A DNA stretch of 62,874 nt, counting the filler, from Gemmatimonadota bacterium (lineage in GTDB: Bacteria > 4572-55 > J002), in NCBI GenBank assembly GCA_003697105.1. It is 4 parts of 4 records of this genome, joined end to end, with 100 filler letters (N's around TTAATTAATTAA, not from the genome) between each part and the next. Parts side by side here need not be neighbours in the genome. Positions count along the whole stretch, not along the records: positions 13,718 to 39,200 come from RFFQ01000120.1; 3 more parts are not named here. One strand, written 5' to 3'. Position numbers and translations under genes: made by a program. Positions 21,430 through 31,499 of the stretch are shown piece by piece. The number at the start of each line of letters is the position of its first letter. Position 1 is the first letter of the stretch. The notes beneath the pieces are model-generated. The model had not been told where the DNA came from. It saw only the letters and a list, made by a program, of their open reading frames with translations, and searched no databases.

Positions 21430-21457
21430 AACCTGCTTTGAAGCAGGTTTTTTATTT
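21430..21457 (+). terminator. Rho-independent terminator
   Basis: AACCTGCTT-TG-AAGCAGGTT followed by a T-rich run. Confidence 0.7.
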
Positions 21458-21563
21458 ATGACCTCTCCGGGTGCGTTCCATAATTGACAGATCACCGCCG
21501 AAGTGTTACCATAAACAACCTGAGTCAAATCCGATTCTTACGTCCGCCAACAAGGATACCACA

Positions 21564-23120
21564 ATGAATGTGCTCGTCATTGATGATGATATTAAAATTC
21601 GGGGATTATTAGAAAAATTTTTAGTAGCAAAAGGGTACACCGTTACCTTAAAAAAGAACGGTACAGAAGGGTTAGAAGCGTTTTCGCAAGGGAATTATGA
21701 GATTGTCATCCTTGACATTATGATGCCCCACATGGATGGGTACGAACTTGCCAGACGCTTGCGGGGTATCCCCGGTACAGAAGATACCTTTCTCTTGGCA
21801 ATGACCGCCTATGATTCCCCAGATGTATTGCAAAACATTTTAGATGCTGGCGTCGATGATTACGTCGCTAAGCCATTTAAGTTGAGGCTGTTAGATGTCC
21901 GTTTGAAAATTGCCGAAGAACGTATTGAAGGACGCATCCGCCGCCGTGCCGCCGAACAAAAACTGGCACAACAAAATCGATTGCTCCAAAAAGAGATCGC
22001 CATCCGCCGCCGGATTGAACAACAGCTCCGCAAACTGGAAAAAGCCATTGAGACGGTGGAAGTCGGGGTGACCATCACGGACCCCACCGGTAAGATCATC
22101 TACATCAACCCAGCAGACGCCCATATGCACGGCTATTCGGTGTCCGAGCTGATCGGCAAAAACGCCAGTATCTTTGGCAAAGCCGAGTCCCGGCGGGAAA
22201 TGAAAGTAAGTGAATTTGCCCGCGCCGAAAATTGGAAACGCGAATCGGTCAATGTTCGGAAGGATGGCTCTGAATTTCCGGTACAACTGGTGTCCAGCCA
22301 CGTCAAGGATGAAAACGGTAATCTGATCGGCATGGTGACGGTCAGTGAAGACATTACCGAGCGTAAAGAAGCGGAACGTAAACTTCTGGAAGCCCTCCGC
22401 CATCTGGAAGAACTCAATCAGGAAAAAACCGAAATTTTGGGGATTGTCTCACATGACCTTAAAAACCCATTGACCACCATCATTGGTAATGCCCAAATGG
22501 TGACCCAACTCGGGCTGGAACCCTTTACCGCCGAAGACCTCCTTAGCATGTTCCGCGACATCGAAATCACCGGTAAACGCATGTTCAACCTGATTGAAAA
22601 TCTGCTCGATCTGAACCGGCTCGAATCCGGCAACCTGAAATTGGAATTGGAAACCACCGACCTCCGCGAATTGGTTCAATATGTGGTGAGCAATCATCAA
22701 GTTGCCGCCCAACAAAAATCGATTGAACTTCATCTGGAGCTACCCTCTCAACCCCTTGAGATTTACACCGATCCGGACGCCGTTGTCCAAATACTGGATA
22801 ACTTGATTTCTAATGCCATCAAATACTCACCACCCGGAAAGAATGTCTTCATCCGTAGTCTTTATCACTCCGAACGAATCCGTTGTGAAATTCAGGATGA
22901 AGGTCAAGGTTTAACCGAAACCGATATGCGCCAGTTGTTCGGTAAATTTGCGCGGCTCAGTGCCCAACCCACCGGAGGAGAGCACTCCACCGGTTTAGGC
23001 TTATCGATTGTGAAAAAATTAACCGAATCCTTACACGGCACAGTCTGGGCAGAAAGTGCCGGTAAGGATCAAGGCAGTACATTCATCTTGGAACTTCCCC
23101 GAACCATCACCACACCATGA
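21564..23120 (+). CDS. Hybrid REC-PAS-histidine kinase
   Basis: N-terminal receiver (LDIMMP), PAS/PAC, SHDLKNPL, NAIKYS, DEGQG, GLGL. Confidence 0.92.
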   Translation: MNVLVIDDDIKIRGLLEKFLVAKGYTVTLKKNGTEGLEAFSQGNYEIVILDIMMPHMDGYELARRLRGIPGTEDTFLLAMTAYDSPDVLQNILDAGVDDYVAKPFKLRLLDVRLKIAEERIEGRIRRRAAEQKLAQQNRLLQKEIAIRRRIEQQLRKLEKAIETVEVGVTITDPTGKIIYINPADAHMHGYSVSELIGKNASIFGKAESRREMKVSEFARAENWKRESVNVRKDGSEFPVQLVSSHVKDENGNLIGMVTVSEDITERKEAERKLLEALRHLEELNQEKTEILGIVSHDLKNPLTTIIGNAQMVTQLGLEPFTAEDLLSMFRDIEITGKRMFNLIENLLDLNRLESGNLKLELETTDLRELVQYVVSNHQVAAQQKSIELHLELPSQPLEIYTDPDAVVQILDNLISNAIKYSPPGKNVFIRSLYHSERIRCEIQDEGQGLTETDMRQLFGKFARLSAQPTGGEHSTGLGLSIVKKLTESLHGTVWAESAGKDQGSTFILELPRTITTP

Positions 23121-25174
23121 AGCACCTCATCGAGGCTCCCCGAACTGGGCATCACCATATTTTTTTGGAAGGACCCGCCGGCGCGGGCAAAACCTGCCGG
23201 ATGATCCAACGGCTCGCCCACCTGATAACTAACGGCATCACGGGCTACTCCATTTTAGTCTTAGTGCCCGACCGGAGCATCGGACAACGGTACGAGGAAG
23301 CCCTTATTCAAATGGAATTGGGCGCCTACGGGCGGGTTGACATCCAGACCTATTATGGGCTGGCAACTCGATTGGTGCGCACATTTTGGCCGCTGGTCGC
23401 GCAGGATGCGGGGTTCACCTCACCCGAAAAACCGCCGGTCTTCCTCACGTTTGAAACCGCACAATACGTCATGGATCAATTAATCGCCCCTCGTTTGGCG
23501 CAAGGCTATTTTGAAGACCTCAATCTCCGCCCACAACGGATCGTCTCCCAGTTAATTGATAACCTCAACAAAGCCGCCATCAACGGGTATTCCATTGAAA
23601 CCATTGAAGAGCGCCTGAGCCGGGTCTGGATGGGTAAAACAGACCGGTTGCGGCATTACCAGCAGGCACAAACATGCATCACGGAATTTCGCCGCCATTG
23701 CCTAAATAGAGGTTTGCTAGACCTCTCACTGACCGTTGAAATCTTTCACCGACATTTGGTCAATAATCCCACATTTTGGACTTACTTTACCGGACGTTAC
23801 CAGCATCTGCTGGTTGATAATCTGGAAGAGAGCGTACCGGTCGCCCAAGATTTGATCCGCCGCCTACTACCCATGATGAAATCCGCCGTGGTGGCATACG
23901 ATACGAACGCCGGATTTCGGGTCTTTTTGGGGATTGATGCCGAAGGAGCATACCAAATTCGGGAGATGTGCACAGAGACCATCACCCTAACCGAAAGCGA
24001 GACCTCCAACCCCCACCTAAGTGCTTTTGCGGGTAAAGTTGGGGAATATCTCCGCCAATTTCCGTTGGTGACTCGTAAAGGAGACCCTAAAAAAGCCATT
24101 CGTTGCCTGATTCAGGAGACCTACCGTGCCAAGATGATCGAGCGCGTGGGACAGGAAATTACCCGTCTCGTTCGGAAAGGCGTTCAAGCCGGCGATATTG
24201 CCGTTGTGGCGCCCTATGCGGATGGGGTATTGCGCTTCAGCCTGAGCGAAGAGTTCCGCAAGCAGGACATCCCCTTTCAAGTGGTGCGCCGCTACGAAAG
24301 TTTACAAGAAGAACCCATTGTCCGTGCCGCCCTGACCATCGCGGCGCTGGTGCATCCTACGTGGGACGTTGATATGAGTCCTTTTCCGCACCCGTATGAT
24401 GTGGCAGAAGCGATCACGGAGGTCATCAAGGAGATTGACCCCGTGCGAGCGGCATTGCTCGTTAAACGGTTGTACGATCCAAAAACAAAGCAGTTGAAAC
24501 CTGCCAGCAACATAAAAAACCCCGAACGCATCGGCTTTGCCAATTTAGAGCGATATGACACCTTACAAACGTGGATTTGTAACTGGCAGCAAAAGGCGGA
24601 AATACCGTTTGACCACTTTTTGCGCCATCTATTTGAGTTTATTTCGCAACCCGAATTAGACCCGCGCAAAGCCAGCGTTTACGCCAAATTGGTCGCCTCT
24701 GTGGAGTGGTTCAAAGAAGCCGCTCCGGGGATGGGTATTGAGACCCATCAGGTTGGGCAGCATTACCTTCAGATGGTTTATAAAGGAATCATCAGCGCGC
24801 AATATCTTTCCAACCAAAAGATAGATGAACAGGCAGTAACGCTGGTAGCGCCGGTTTACAGCTACCTGTTGAGCGGGCATCATGCCCGGTTTCAGTTTTG
24901 GCTGGATGTGGGGTCAACCAGTTGGTGGGAGCCCCCCCACCAACCGTTGACCAACCCCCATGTGCTGGCGCGCCGGTGGGATGCCACCGAAAAATGGACG
25001 GATGCCGTCGATTATCGCTTGCGGCAAGAGGCACTGTTTAAAATGGTCAGTGGCTTAATCCAACGGTGCCGGGATGGCATTTACATTTGCACCAGTGATC
25101 TGGAAATAACCGGTGAACCCCAAGATAGCCCGCTATTACGAGCCGTGCAGAATATTTTACGAGCTAAAAAATGA
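23117..25174 (+). CDS. UvrD/SF1-helicase-like P-loop protein with degenerate Walker B
   Basis: GPAGAGKT, ILVLVP, IQTYY, YQHLLVDNLEE (DE replaced by DN), GDIAVVAP (motif IV-like); no C-terminal nuclease motif recognised. Confidence 0.65.
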   Translation: MKHLIEAPRTGHHHIFLEGPAGAGKTCRMIQRLAHLITNGITGYSILVLVPDRSIGQRYEEALIQMELGAYGRVDIQTYYGLATRLVRTFWPLVAQDAGFTSPEKPPVFLTFETAQYVMDQLIAPRLAQGYFEDLNLRPQRIVSQLIDNLNKAAINGYSIETIEERLSRVWMGKTDRLRHYQQAQTCITEFRRHCLNRGLLDLSLTVEIFHRHLVNNPTFWTYFTGRYQHLLVDNLEESVPVAQDLIRRLLPMMKSAVVAYDTNAGFRVFLGIDAEGAYQIREMCTETITLTESETSNPHLSAFAGKVGEYLRQFPLVTRKGDPKKAIRCLIQETYRAKMIERVGQEITRLVRKGVQAGDIAVVAPYADGVLRFSLSEEFRKQDIPFQVVRRYESLQEEPIVRAALTIAALVHPTWDVDMSPFPHPYDVAEAITEVIKEIDPVRAALLVKRLYDPKTKQLKPASNIKNPERIGFANLERYDTLQTWICNWQQKAEIPFDHFLRHLFEFISQPELDPRKASVYAKLVASVEWFKEAAPGMGIETHQVGQHYLQMVYKGIISAQYLSNQKIDEQAVTLVAPVYSYLLSGHHARFQFWLDVGSTSWWEPPHQPLTNPHVLARRWDATEKWTDAVDYRLRQEALFKMVSGLIQRCRDGIYICTSDLEITGEPQDSPLLRAVQNILRAKK

Positions 25175-25242
25175 ATACAAACCCTGACTTCAACATCATA
25201 AGCACCATAACCGTTGGGCAGATATAAACCCCACAAGTGATT

Positions 25243-26505
25243 ATGGCAGACACACTTTTTAATTGGCTGATAACCCACCACTACAGCCCGGTGCTCGCCA
25301 AGGCACTCACCAGCATGATCCTCATCATCGGGTTGATTTTATTCGGCGCGTTGGTCGATGTGGTGATGAAATACGGGGTTCGTCCTATTCTGCTATTTCT
25401 GTTTGCGCGTGTAGAGCCGTACTGGATTACCCTTTTGCGCGAACACCGCTTTTTCCGCCATCTGGCGGGGATTGTTCCACCGGCACTTATCTATGTTATT
25501 GCCGAGGAAACGCTGCAAATCCAAGGTCGATTATTACAGGTCATCCAGCAGATGACGCTGGTTTACATCATTTTTGGCGTAACCATCGCTATTTTTGCCT
25601 TTCTGCATGCGCTGGTTGAGTATTACCAACAGGAAAATCTGTTTACGCACATTCCGCTCAAAAATGTGGCGCAGGCGGTCCAGACCATCATGGTCGTCAT
25701 TGCACTGGTACTGATGGTCTCGATCCTATTCGATCAGCGCCCCTTTGAGATTTTAGGTGGTTTGGGGGCATTTACCGCCGTCATCTTGTTGATCTTCCGG
25801 GATCAAATATTGGGATTTATCGCCGGCATCACTATCGCCGAAAATAAGATGGTCATTACCGGGGATTGGATCGAAATGCCCAAATATGACGCTAACGGCG
25901 ATGTGATTGAAGTCGCGCTGATGACCGTAAAAGTACGAAATTGGGACAAAACCATTACCACCATCCCGACCTATGCCCTCATTCAGGAATCATTCCGAAA
26001 TTGGCGCGGCATGTTTGAATCCGGCGGGCGGCGAATCAAACGCCCCATCTATATCGATGTAACATCCATCCAGTTCTGTACTACCGAAATGTTGGCTCGA
26101 TTCCGGCAAATTGAATATATTTCCGATTATATTGAACAGATGGAATCCGACGTTACCACCTACAACACCACTTACCAGATCGACCTAAGTCACCCGGTCA
26201 ATGGTAAGCGGTTAACCAACTTGGGCACCTTCCGAGCTTATGTAATGGCGTACTTACGGCGCCATCCCCACCTCCGGCAGGATATGCCGGTGATGGTACG
26301 CCAATTAGAGGTGACCCCCATGGGTATTCCGCTTGAAATTTATACCTTTTCAGCAGAAACCCAATGGGAAACCTACGAAGCCATTCAGGCGGATATTTTC
26401 GATCATTTACTAGCAATTGTACCGGAATTTGGCTTACGGGTATTCCAACAGCCGAGCGGTACGGATATTCGAGTACTATTATCAACATCATCAGAAAGTG
26501 AGTAA
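25243..26505 (+). CDS. MscS-family mechanosensitive channel (YbdG-like)
   Basis: GDWIEMPKYDANGDV, VRNWDKTITTIPTY, SGGRRIKR, LTNLGTFR. Confidence 0.92.
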   Translation: MADTLFNWLITHHYSPVLAKALTSMILIIGLILFGALVDVVMKYGVRPILLFLFARVEPYWITLLREHRFFRHLAGIVPPALIYVIAEETLQIQGRLLQVIQQMTLVYIIFGVTIAIFAFLHALVEYYQQENLFTHIPLKNVAQAVQTIMVVIALVLMVSILFDQRPFEILGGLGAFTAVILLIFRDQILGFIAGITIAENKMVITGDWIEMPKYDANGDVIEVALMTVKVRNWDKTITTIPTYALIQESFRNWRGMFESGGRRIKRPIYIDVTSIQFCTTEMLARFRQIEYISDYIEQMESDVTTYNTTYQIDLSHPVNGKRLTNLGTFRAYVMAYLRRHPHLRQDMPVMVRQLEVTPMGIPLEIYTFSAETQWETYEAIQADIFDHLLAIVPEFGLRVFQQPSGTDIRVLLSTSSESE

Positions 26506-26511
26506 TAACCC

Positions 26512-27543
26512 GTGAAAAAACATGATCTTCAAGTCGGTGTGTGGCTCCTAACCGGTTGCGCGATGATCTTCACGATGGTGGTCATTGGTGGCATCACCCG
26601 GTTGACCGGATCGGGGCTATCTATTGTCGAATGGAATGTCATCATGGGCACGATTCCGCCCCTCAACGAGCAGCAATGGCAAGAGACATTTGAAAAATAT
26701 CAGCAATTTCCCGAATATCAGGAACATTATAAAAATCGGATGGATTTAGCCGCTTTCAAACAGATTTTCTGGTGGGAGTATTTTCACCGGCTATGGGGCA
26801 GATTGATGGGCATCGTTTTCCTGATCCCGTTTATCGTATTTTTACTGCAAAAAAAGCTGACTCGGCGGCAGATCAAGCAGTATCTGTTGATTTTTCTACT
26901 GGGAGGAGCGCAAGGGTTTTTAGGCTGGTTTATGGTCAAGAGTGGCTTGGTAGATATCCCGCGAGTAAGTCATTATCGGTTAACCGCGCATTTATATTTG
27001 GCATTTTTGCTGTACAGTATTACCTTCTGGTTTGCCTTAGACCGGCTACTACCGCAAACCGTTCATACCCCCCACCCAGAGCGGGATACACCCAGTTTGC
27101 GGTATTTTTCTTGGGGGATCGTCCTATTAACCGTGATTCAGATCGGATTTGGCGGGTTTACTGCCGGACTCAAAGCGGGCTATTTGTTTGGCACATTCCC
27201 CAAAATGGGTGGCGAGTGGGTCGCCTCCGGCATTTGGATGATGTCTCCGGCATGGCTAAATGTGCTGGAAAACCCAATCATGGTGCAATTTATCCACCGC
27301 TGGTTGGGAATCATCGTTTTTGCCACCATTTTAGCATTGTGGATCGTCACCTTTTCGCGTAAATTACGTTCAATTCAAAAAATGGGAATCCATATTTTAT
27401 TAGGGGTTAGTATCCTGCAAGTGCTGATGGGCATTTTCACGATAGTGTGGCGGATGCCGGTGGCATTAGCCGTGGCACACCAAGCCGGTGCCCTATTGTT
27501 ACTAACAGCAAGTTTGTTTGTAAGTTATCAATTTAAACGCTGA
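26512..27543 (+). CDS. ctaA: Heme A synthase (COX15/CtaA type)
   Basis: GGITRLTGSGLSI, WEYFHRLWGR, VSHYRLTAH, QFIHR, HQ. Confidence 0.93.
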   Translation: MKKHDLQVGVWLLTGCAMIFTMVVIGGITRLTGSGLSIVEWNVIMGTIPPLNEQQWQETFEKYQQFPEYQEHYKNRMDLAAFKQIFWWEYFHRLWGRLMGIVFLIPFIVFLLQKKLTRRQIKQYLLIFLLGGAQGFLGWFMVKSGLVDIPRVSHYRLTAHLYLAFLLYSITFWFALDRLLPQTVHTPHPERDTPSLRYFSWGIVLLTVIQIGFGGFTAGLKAGYLFGTFPKMGGEWVASGIWMMSPAWLNVLENPIMVQFIHRWLGIIVFATILALWIVTFSRKLRSIQKMGIHILLGVSILQVLMGIFTIVWRMPVALAVAHQAGALLLLTASLFVSYQFKR

Positions 27544-27556
27544 TGTGACCCATTTT

Positions 27557-29065
27557 ATGTGTAAGCAACTCTCTTTTATAATCAGTTTTACAATACTGTT
27601 CAACAGTGTCATTAGTACCGCAAGTACGCAATATGTGCCTTCACGGCAGGTCAAGACACTCCAAAATGCCTTTGACTTCATGAAGATGTCGCAACCGGAT
27701 ACTATCATCTTGAAAGCCGATCATAACGAGCCATCTACATTTTTGACCGTCGAGCATAAATCGCTCACCTTAATCGGAAAAAATGACAAACGCCCCCAAG
27801 AACACGCCCGCATCATGGCAACAATCCTGTTAGCTGGCTGTGAAAAAGTGGTGATCGAAAACATCATCTTTGAAAACAGCGCGCTAATATTCAGGGGTGC
27901 AGGTGACGTGGAACTGGAACTCCGCAATTGTAAATTTACCAGTAGCAATTATCGTAAATTAGACCTCTCCCGTTGCCGCTCCATTTTGATCGACCGGTGT
28001 GAATTCACTAACATGGATGTGGTCTATAAATCCCCCAACCCCACCCAACCGCTCCGCTTGGATTATCTGCAAATTACCAATAGCATCCTGAACGGGAGTG
28101 CCTTGCGCCTCTCACATACCGGAAACAGGCACAATAATGCCTTTATTCTACTTTCGTGGAATTTTTTTACCAACACCAGTTTATACCTGATGAAAATTGA
28201 ACCGAAGGTGGAGTTGTTTTCAAATATCTTCAAATTTACCAGTAACTTCAACTTTATCAACCTATTTAACTGTGACAAAATCCACCTGATTCACAACGTC
28301 TTTTACAATTTTCACCAAACCGGTGTCGTTTGCGCCGAAAACAATTTGGTGCGAATATCCAGTAATATTTTCTATTCGGATCAACTGGAAGGAACGTTCC
28401 TCGCGGTGGATGGAGACGGCAGTGTTCATCTGAAATACAACAACATCTACCTGAAGCATAACGGCACCGTACTCAACAACGGGTTTTCGCAGCAATGTGT
28501 AAACAAAGGTGGCAATGTCTATTTTGATCCCGAATTTCGGAATCCAGACCGGAATGATTTTCGATTAAAGCCACGTAGCATCAAATTTATCGGTGAATAC
28601 GGGCAACTGATGGGCATTTATTCCGATACAGAGCGCATCTTTATGCTGAGTGATGCCGATATTCAAGCCCTCAAGGAAAATGGATTACCCCTCGCGATAA
28701 GTTTTGAGTTAACGTATTTGAAAGATCAAAAATTCAAATCTGTAGAAGAATTTAGAACCGCCTTAAGTGACATTTTACCGGTGGAATCGGGCACATACTG
28801 GCTACAAATCCGCAACCGTGCCCGTAAGTTTGTGTATCATTATCCTCAAGCCCCCATTATGGCAATCACCCTCACGCCGGAAACGCGGGTATCGCTCGCG
28901 CCCCGCACAATGTGGCCTCCCGTTAAACCGGTGGAAACATCAATCGTATTTTCGACCCCTGAGGATAAAAGGGTCGTTACCGGCTTGCTGGTGGGGATGA
29001 TATTGGTTATCGGGATTGTTGCTGCCGGTGTCATTGCTTTAGGAAGAGCCGCTGCAGGCATATAA
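27557..29065 (+). CDS. Secreted, membrane-anchored right-handed beta-helix protein
   Basis: Signal peptide, Asn-rich parallel beta-helix repeats, DPEF...DFRL cap motif, C-terminal TM helix. Confidence 0.65.
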   Translation: MCKQLSFIISFTILFNSVISTASTQYVPSRQVKTLQNAFDFMKMSQPDTIILKADHNEPSTFLTVEHKSLTLIGKNDKRPQEHARIMATILLAGCEKVVIENIIFENSALIFRGAGDVELELRNCKFTSSNYRKLDLSRCRSILIDRCEFTNMDVVYKSPNPTQPLRLDYLQITNSILNGSALRLSHTGNRHNNAFILLSWNFFTNTSLYLMKIEPKVELFSNIFKFTSNFNFINLFNCDKIHLIHNVFYNFHQTGVVCAENNLVRISSNIFYSDQLEGTFLAVDGDGSVHLKYNNIYLKHNGTVLNNGFSQQCVNKGGNVYFDPEFRNPDRNDFRLKPRSIKFIGEYGQLMGIYSDTERIFMLSDADIQALKENGLPLAISFELTYLKDQKFKSVEEFRTALSDILPVESGTYWLQIRNRARKFVYHYPQAPIMAITLTPETRVSLAPRTMWPPVKPVETSIVFSTPEDKRVVTGLLVGMILVIGIVAAGVIALGRAAAGI

Positions 29066-29080
29066 AAGGAGAATGCGATA

Positions 29081-31411
29081 GTGTCCCACCCCTACTGGAT
29101 CGAACCTCAACGTGTCACCTTACCTTACGAATTTACCACGGTGGTGGGTGGTCATCCGCTGATTGCCCAGATTCTCTATCAGCGGGGAATTACCGAGCCG
29201 CGAGCAGCGCAAGAATTCCTGAACAGCGATTTCTACCAACCGGCGGATCCGTTGGAATTACCGGATTTAGAACAAGCGGTAAACACGCTTCGGCACGCCA
29301 AAAAAGCGGGATGGCGCATTTGTGTTTGGGGGGATTTTGATGTCGATGGGCAGACCTCCACCACACTGTTGGTTGATGCACTCCGCCAATTGGATTACGA
29401 TGTGTTTTACTACATCCCAGAACGTGCCGGAGAAAGTCACGGCTTGAATACCGGTGGCATTCAAACCGTGATTCAAGAACAACACGCAGACCTTATTTTG
29501 ACCTGTGACTGTGGGGTCTCCAATCTGGAAGAGGTCGCTTACGCCTATGAACTCGGGGCAAAAGTGATTGTGACCGATCATCACGAATTACTGCCGGAGT
29601 TACCCGCCTGCGAAGCCGTGGTCAACCCGCAACGCCTCCCGGAAACGCACCCGTTGCGCGTGTTGTGTGGGGTCGGTGTGGCGTACATGGTCGTCAAAGT
29701 ACTGTATGAGATGGAAGGACGGCACACCAAAAGTGATCAGTGGCTCGATTTAGTCGCGCTCGGCACAATCGCCGATGTGGCAGTCCTGCAACACGATAAC
29801 CGGTATCTGGTTCAAAAAGGATTACCGCAGTTGATGTACCAACCGCGTCCGGGTCTCGCGGCGATTTTTGAGGTGGGTGGCATAACCCCTTCCGAACTAC
29901 TGGAAACCGAAATTGTTGGTTTTGGGTTGGGTCCCCGGTTGAACGCGGTGGGACGGCTTGACCATGCAAAGGATGCGGTGGAATTGCTCCTCGCGAAAGA
30001 CGAAATGGTCACCCGTCGCATGGCAATGGACTTGGAGGTCTATAATGAACAGCGAAAACAATATTGTGACGAAGTCGAAGAAGATGCGGAAAGAATCCTG
30101 CGCTACCAACCTCAGTTGCTAGACGAGCCGGCATTGGTGCTTTCCGGAACCAACTGGCACCCGGGTGTGATCGGTATTGTCGCCAGCCGTCTGGTCGAAC
30201 GCTATAATAAAGCGACCATTCTGATCAGTACCTCCCCAGAAGAAGGGGTAGGACGGGCATCCGCGCGGTCTGTTGAGGGGCTACACTTACAAAACGCTAT
30301 TTTTAAGCATCAGGATTTGCTGTTGGGTGGCGGCGGCCATGCTATGGCGGCCGGCTTTGCCATCCAGACCGAACGGATTCCCGAATTTCGACGCGCCTTT
30401 CAACAAACCGTGATTGAGACCCAACAGGATGATGCCCTCAACGGAGCAATCGCTATTGAGGGATGGGTTACCCTCCCGGAAATTACCGCCGATTTTATCC
30501 GCGACTTGTATCGTTTGGCACCATTTGGCGCCGGCAACCCCAAGCCGGTGTTAGGCAGCCAAAATGTAAGACTCACAAACGTTCGGGCAATTGGGGCAAA
30601 TCGCGATCACACCCGATTGGTGATCGTGGACTCGCAGGGGCAAAAAATCACCGGGTTATGGTGGCGTAAATCCAGTACGGATATTCCAGATTATCCGGTC
30701 GATGTGGCATTTACGGTCAATTTGAATGAATTTCGAGGCTCCAGTACCCCGCAGATTATTTTACGAGACGTTCGACCCTATTACGCGACTCCGGTCGTTG
30801 CCAACACCCCGCCTTTAGTGGCTAAAAACGACATTCAGGTGATCGATTATCGCCATGATCCCCATCGATTAGAACGCATACACCAACTCGCCACAGAACA
30901 TGGTGACCGGTTGCAAATTTGGGCGGAGGGTACAAGCGCAAAAGCAATTGACAAGGCGGTCTCGCGGGCATATCTTAAGCCTTCGCCAAAATTAGTGATC
31001 GCTTCTGCCCCCGCCGCTCCAGACATTTTGAATCAGATTTTACATCGGGTTTCACCAGAGCAGATTTTCGTGATCACAACAGAGGAAGTTCAACAGACGC
31101 CGACGGATGTGATCAAAGCGGTCGCCGGCGCCGTCAAAACGGTATTAGCCCAATCCAGTGGCCAAACCACTTGGGCAGAGCTTGCCGGCGCCGTTGGACA
31201 GCGGGCGTTTACCGTCAAACACGCCTTAGATGTTCTTGTGGAAATGGGCAAATTAAGCTACACACAGGAAGGCAACCGGGTACGGATCAAACCCCAACCG
31301 GCAAATGTTGCCCCCAAAGCAGATCAAGAGGCACTAAAAGCATTGTTGCAAGAAACGGCAGCCTATCAGCGGTATTTTAACCGGGTAAATCTAACGGAAT
31401 TGATTCAATAA
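29081..31411 (+). CDS. recJ: Single-stranded DNA exonuclease RecJ with C-terminal extension
   Basis: GDFDVDG, TCDCG, TDHH, LGTIAD, PRLNAVGR, GGGHAMAAG, PFGAGNPKP. Confidence 0.95.
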   Translation: MSHPYWIEPQRVTLPYEFTTVVGGHPLIAQILYQRGITEPRAAQEFLNSDFYQPADPLELPDLEQAVNTLRHAKKAGWRICVWGDFDVDGQTSTTLLVDALRQLDYDVFYYIPERAGESHGLNTGGIQTVIQEQHADLILTCDCGVSNLEEVAYAYELGAKVIVTDHHELLPELPACEAVVNPQRLPETHPLRVLCGVGVAYMVVKVLYEMEGRHTKSDQWLDLVALGTIADVAVLQHDNRYLVQKGLPQLMYQPRPGLAAIFEVGGITPSELLETEIVGFGLGPRLNAVGRLDHAKDAVELLLAKDEMVTRRMAMDLEVYNEQRKQYCDEVEEDAERILRYQPQLLDEPALVLSGTNWHPGVIGIVASRLVERYNKATILISTSPEEGVGRASARSVEGLHLQNAIFKHQDLLLGGGGHAMAAGFAIQTERIPEFRRAFQQTVIETQQDDALNGAIAIEGWVTLPEITADFIRDLYRLAPFGAGNPKPVLGSQNVRLTNVRAIGANRDHTRLVIVDSQGQKITGLWWRKSSTDIPDYPVDVAFTVNLNEFRGSSTPQIILRDVRPYYATPVVANTPPLVAKNDIQVIDYRHDPHRLERIHQLATEHGDRLQIWAEGTSAKAIDKAVSRAYLKPSPKLVIASAPAAPDILNQILHRVSPEQIFVITTEEVQQTPTDVIKAVAGAVKTVLAQSSGQTTWAELAGAVGQRAFTVKHALDVLVEMGKLSYTQEGNRVRIKPQPANVAPKADQEALKALLQETAAYQRYFNRVNLTELIQ

Positions 31412-31499
31412 ACCCATTACAGACACCACACCAAAAGCGTTGTGAGCAGCAATACCAAAATAAACTTAGTTAATATAAGATTAACATAGTGAGGGACTT

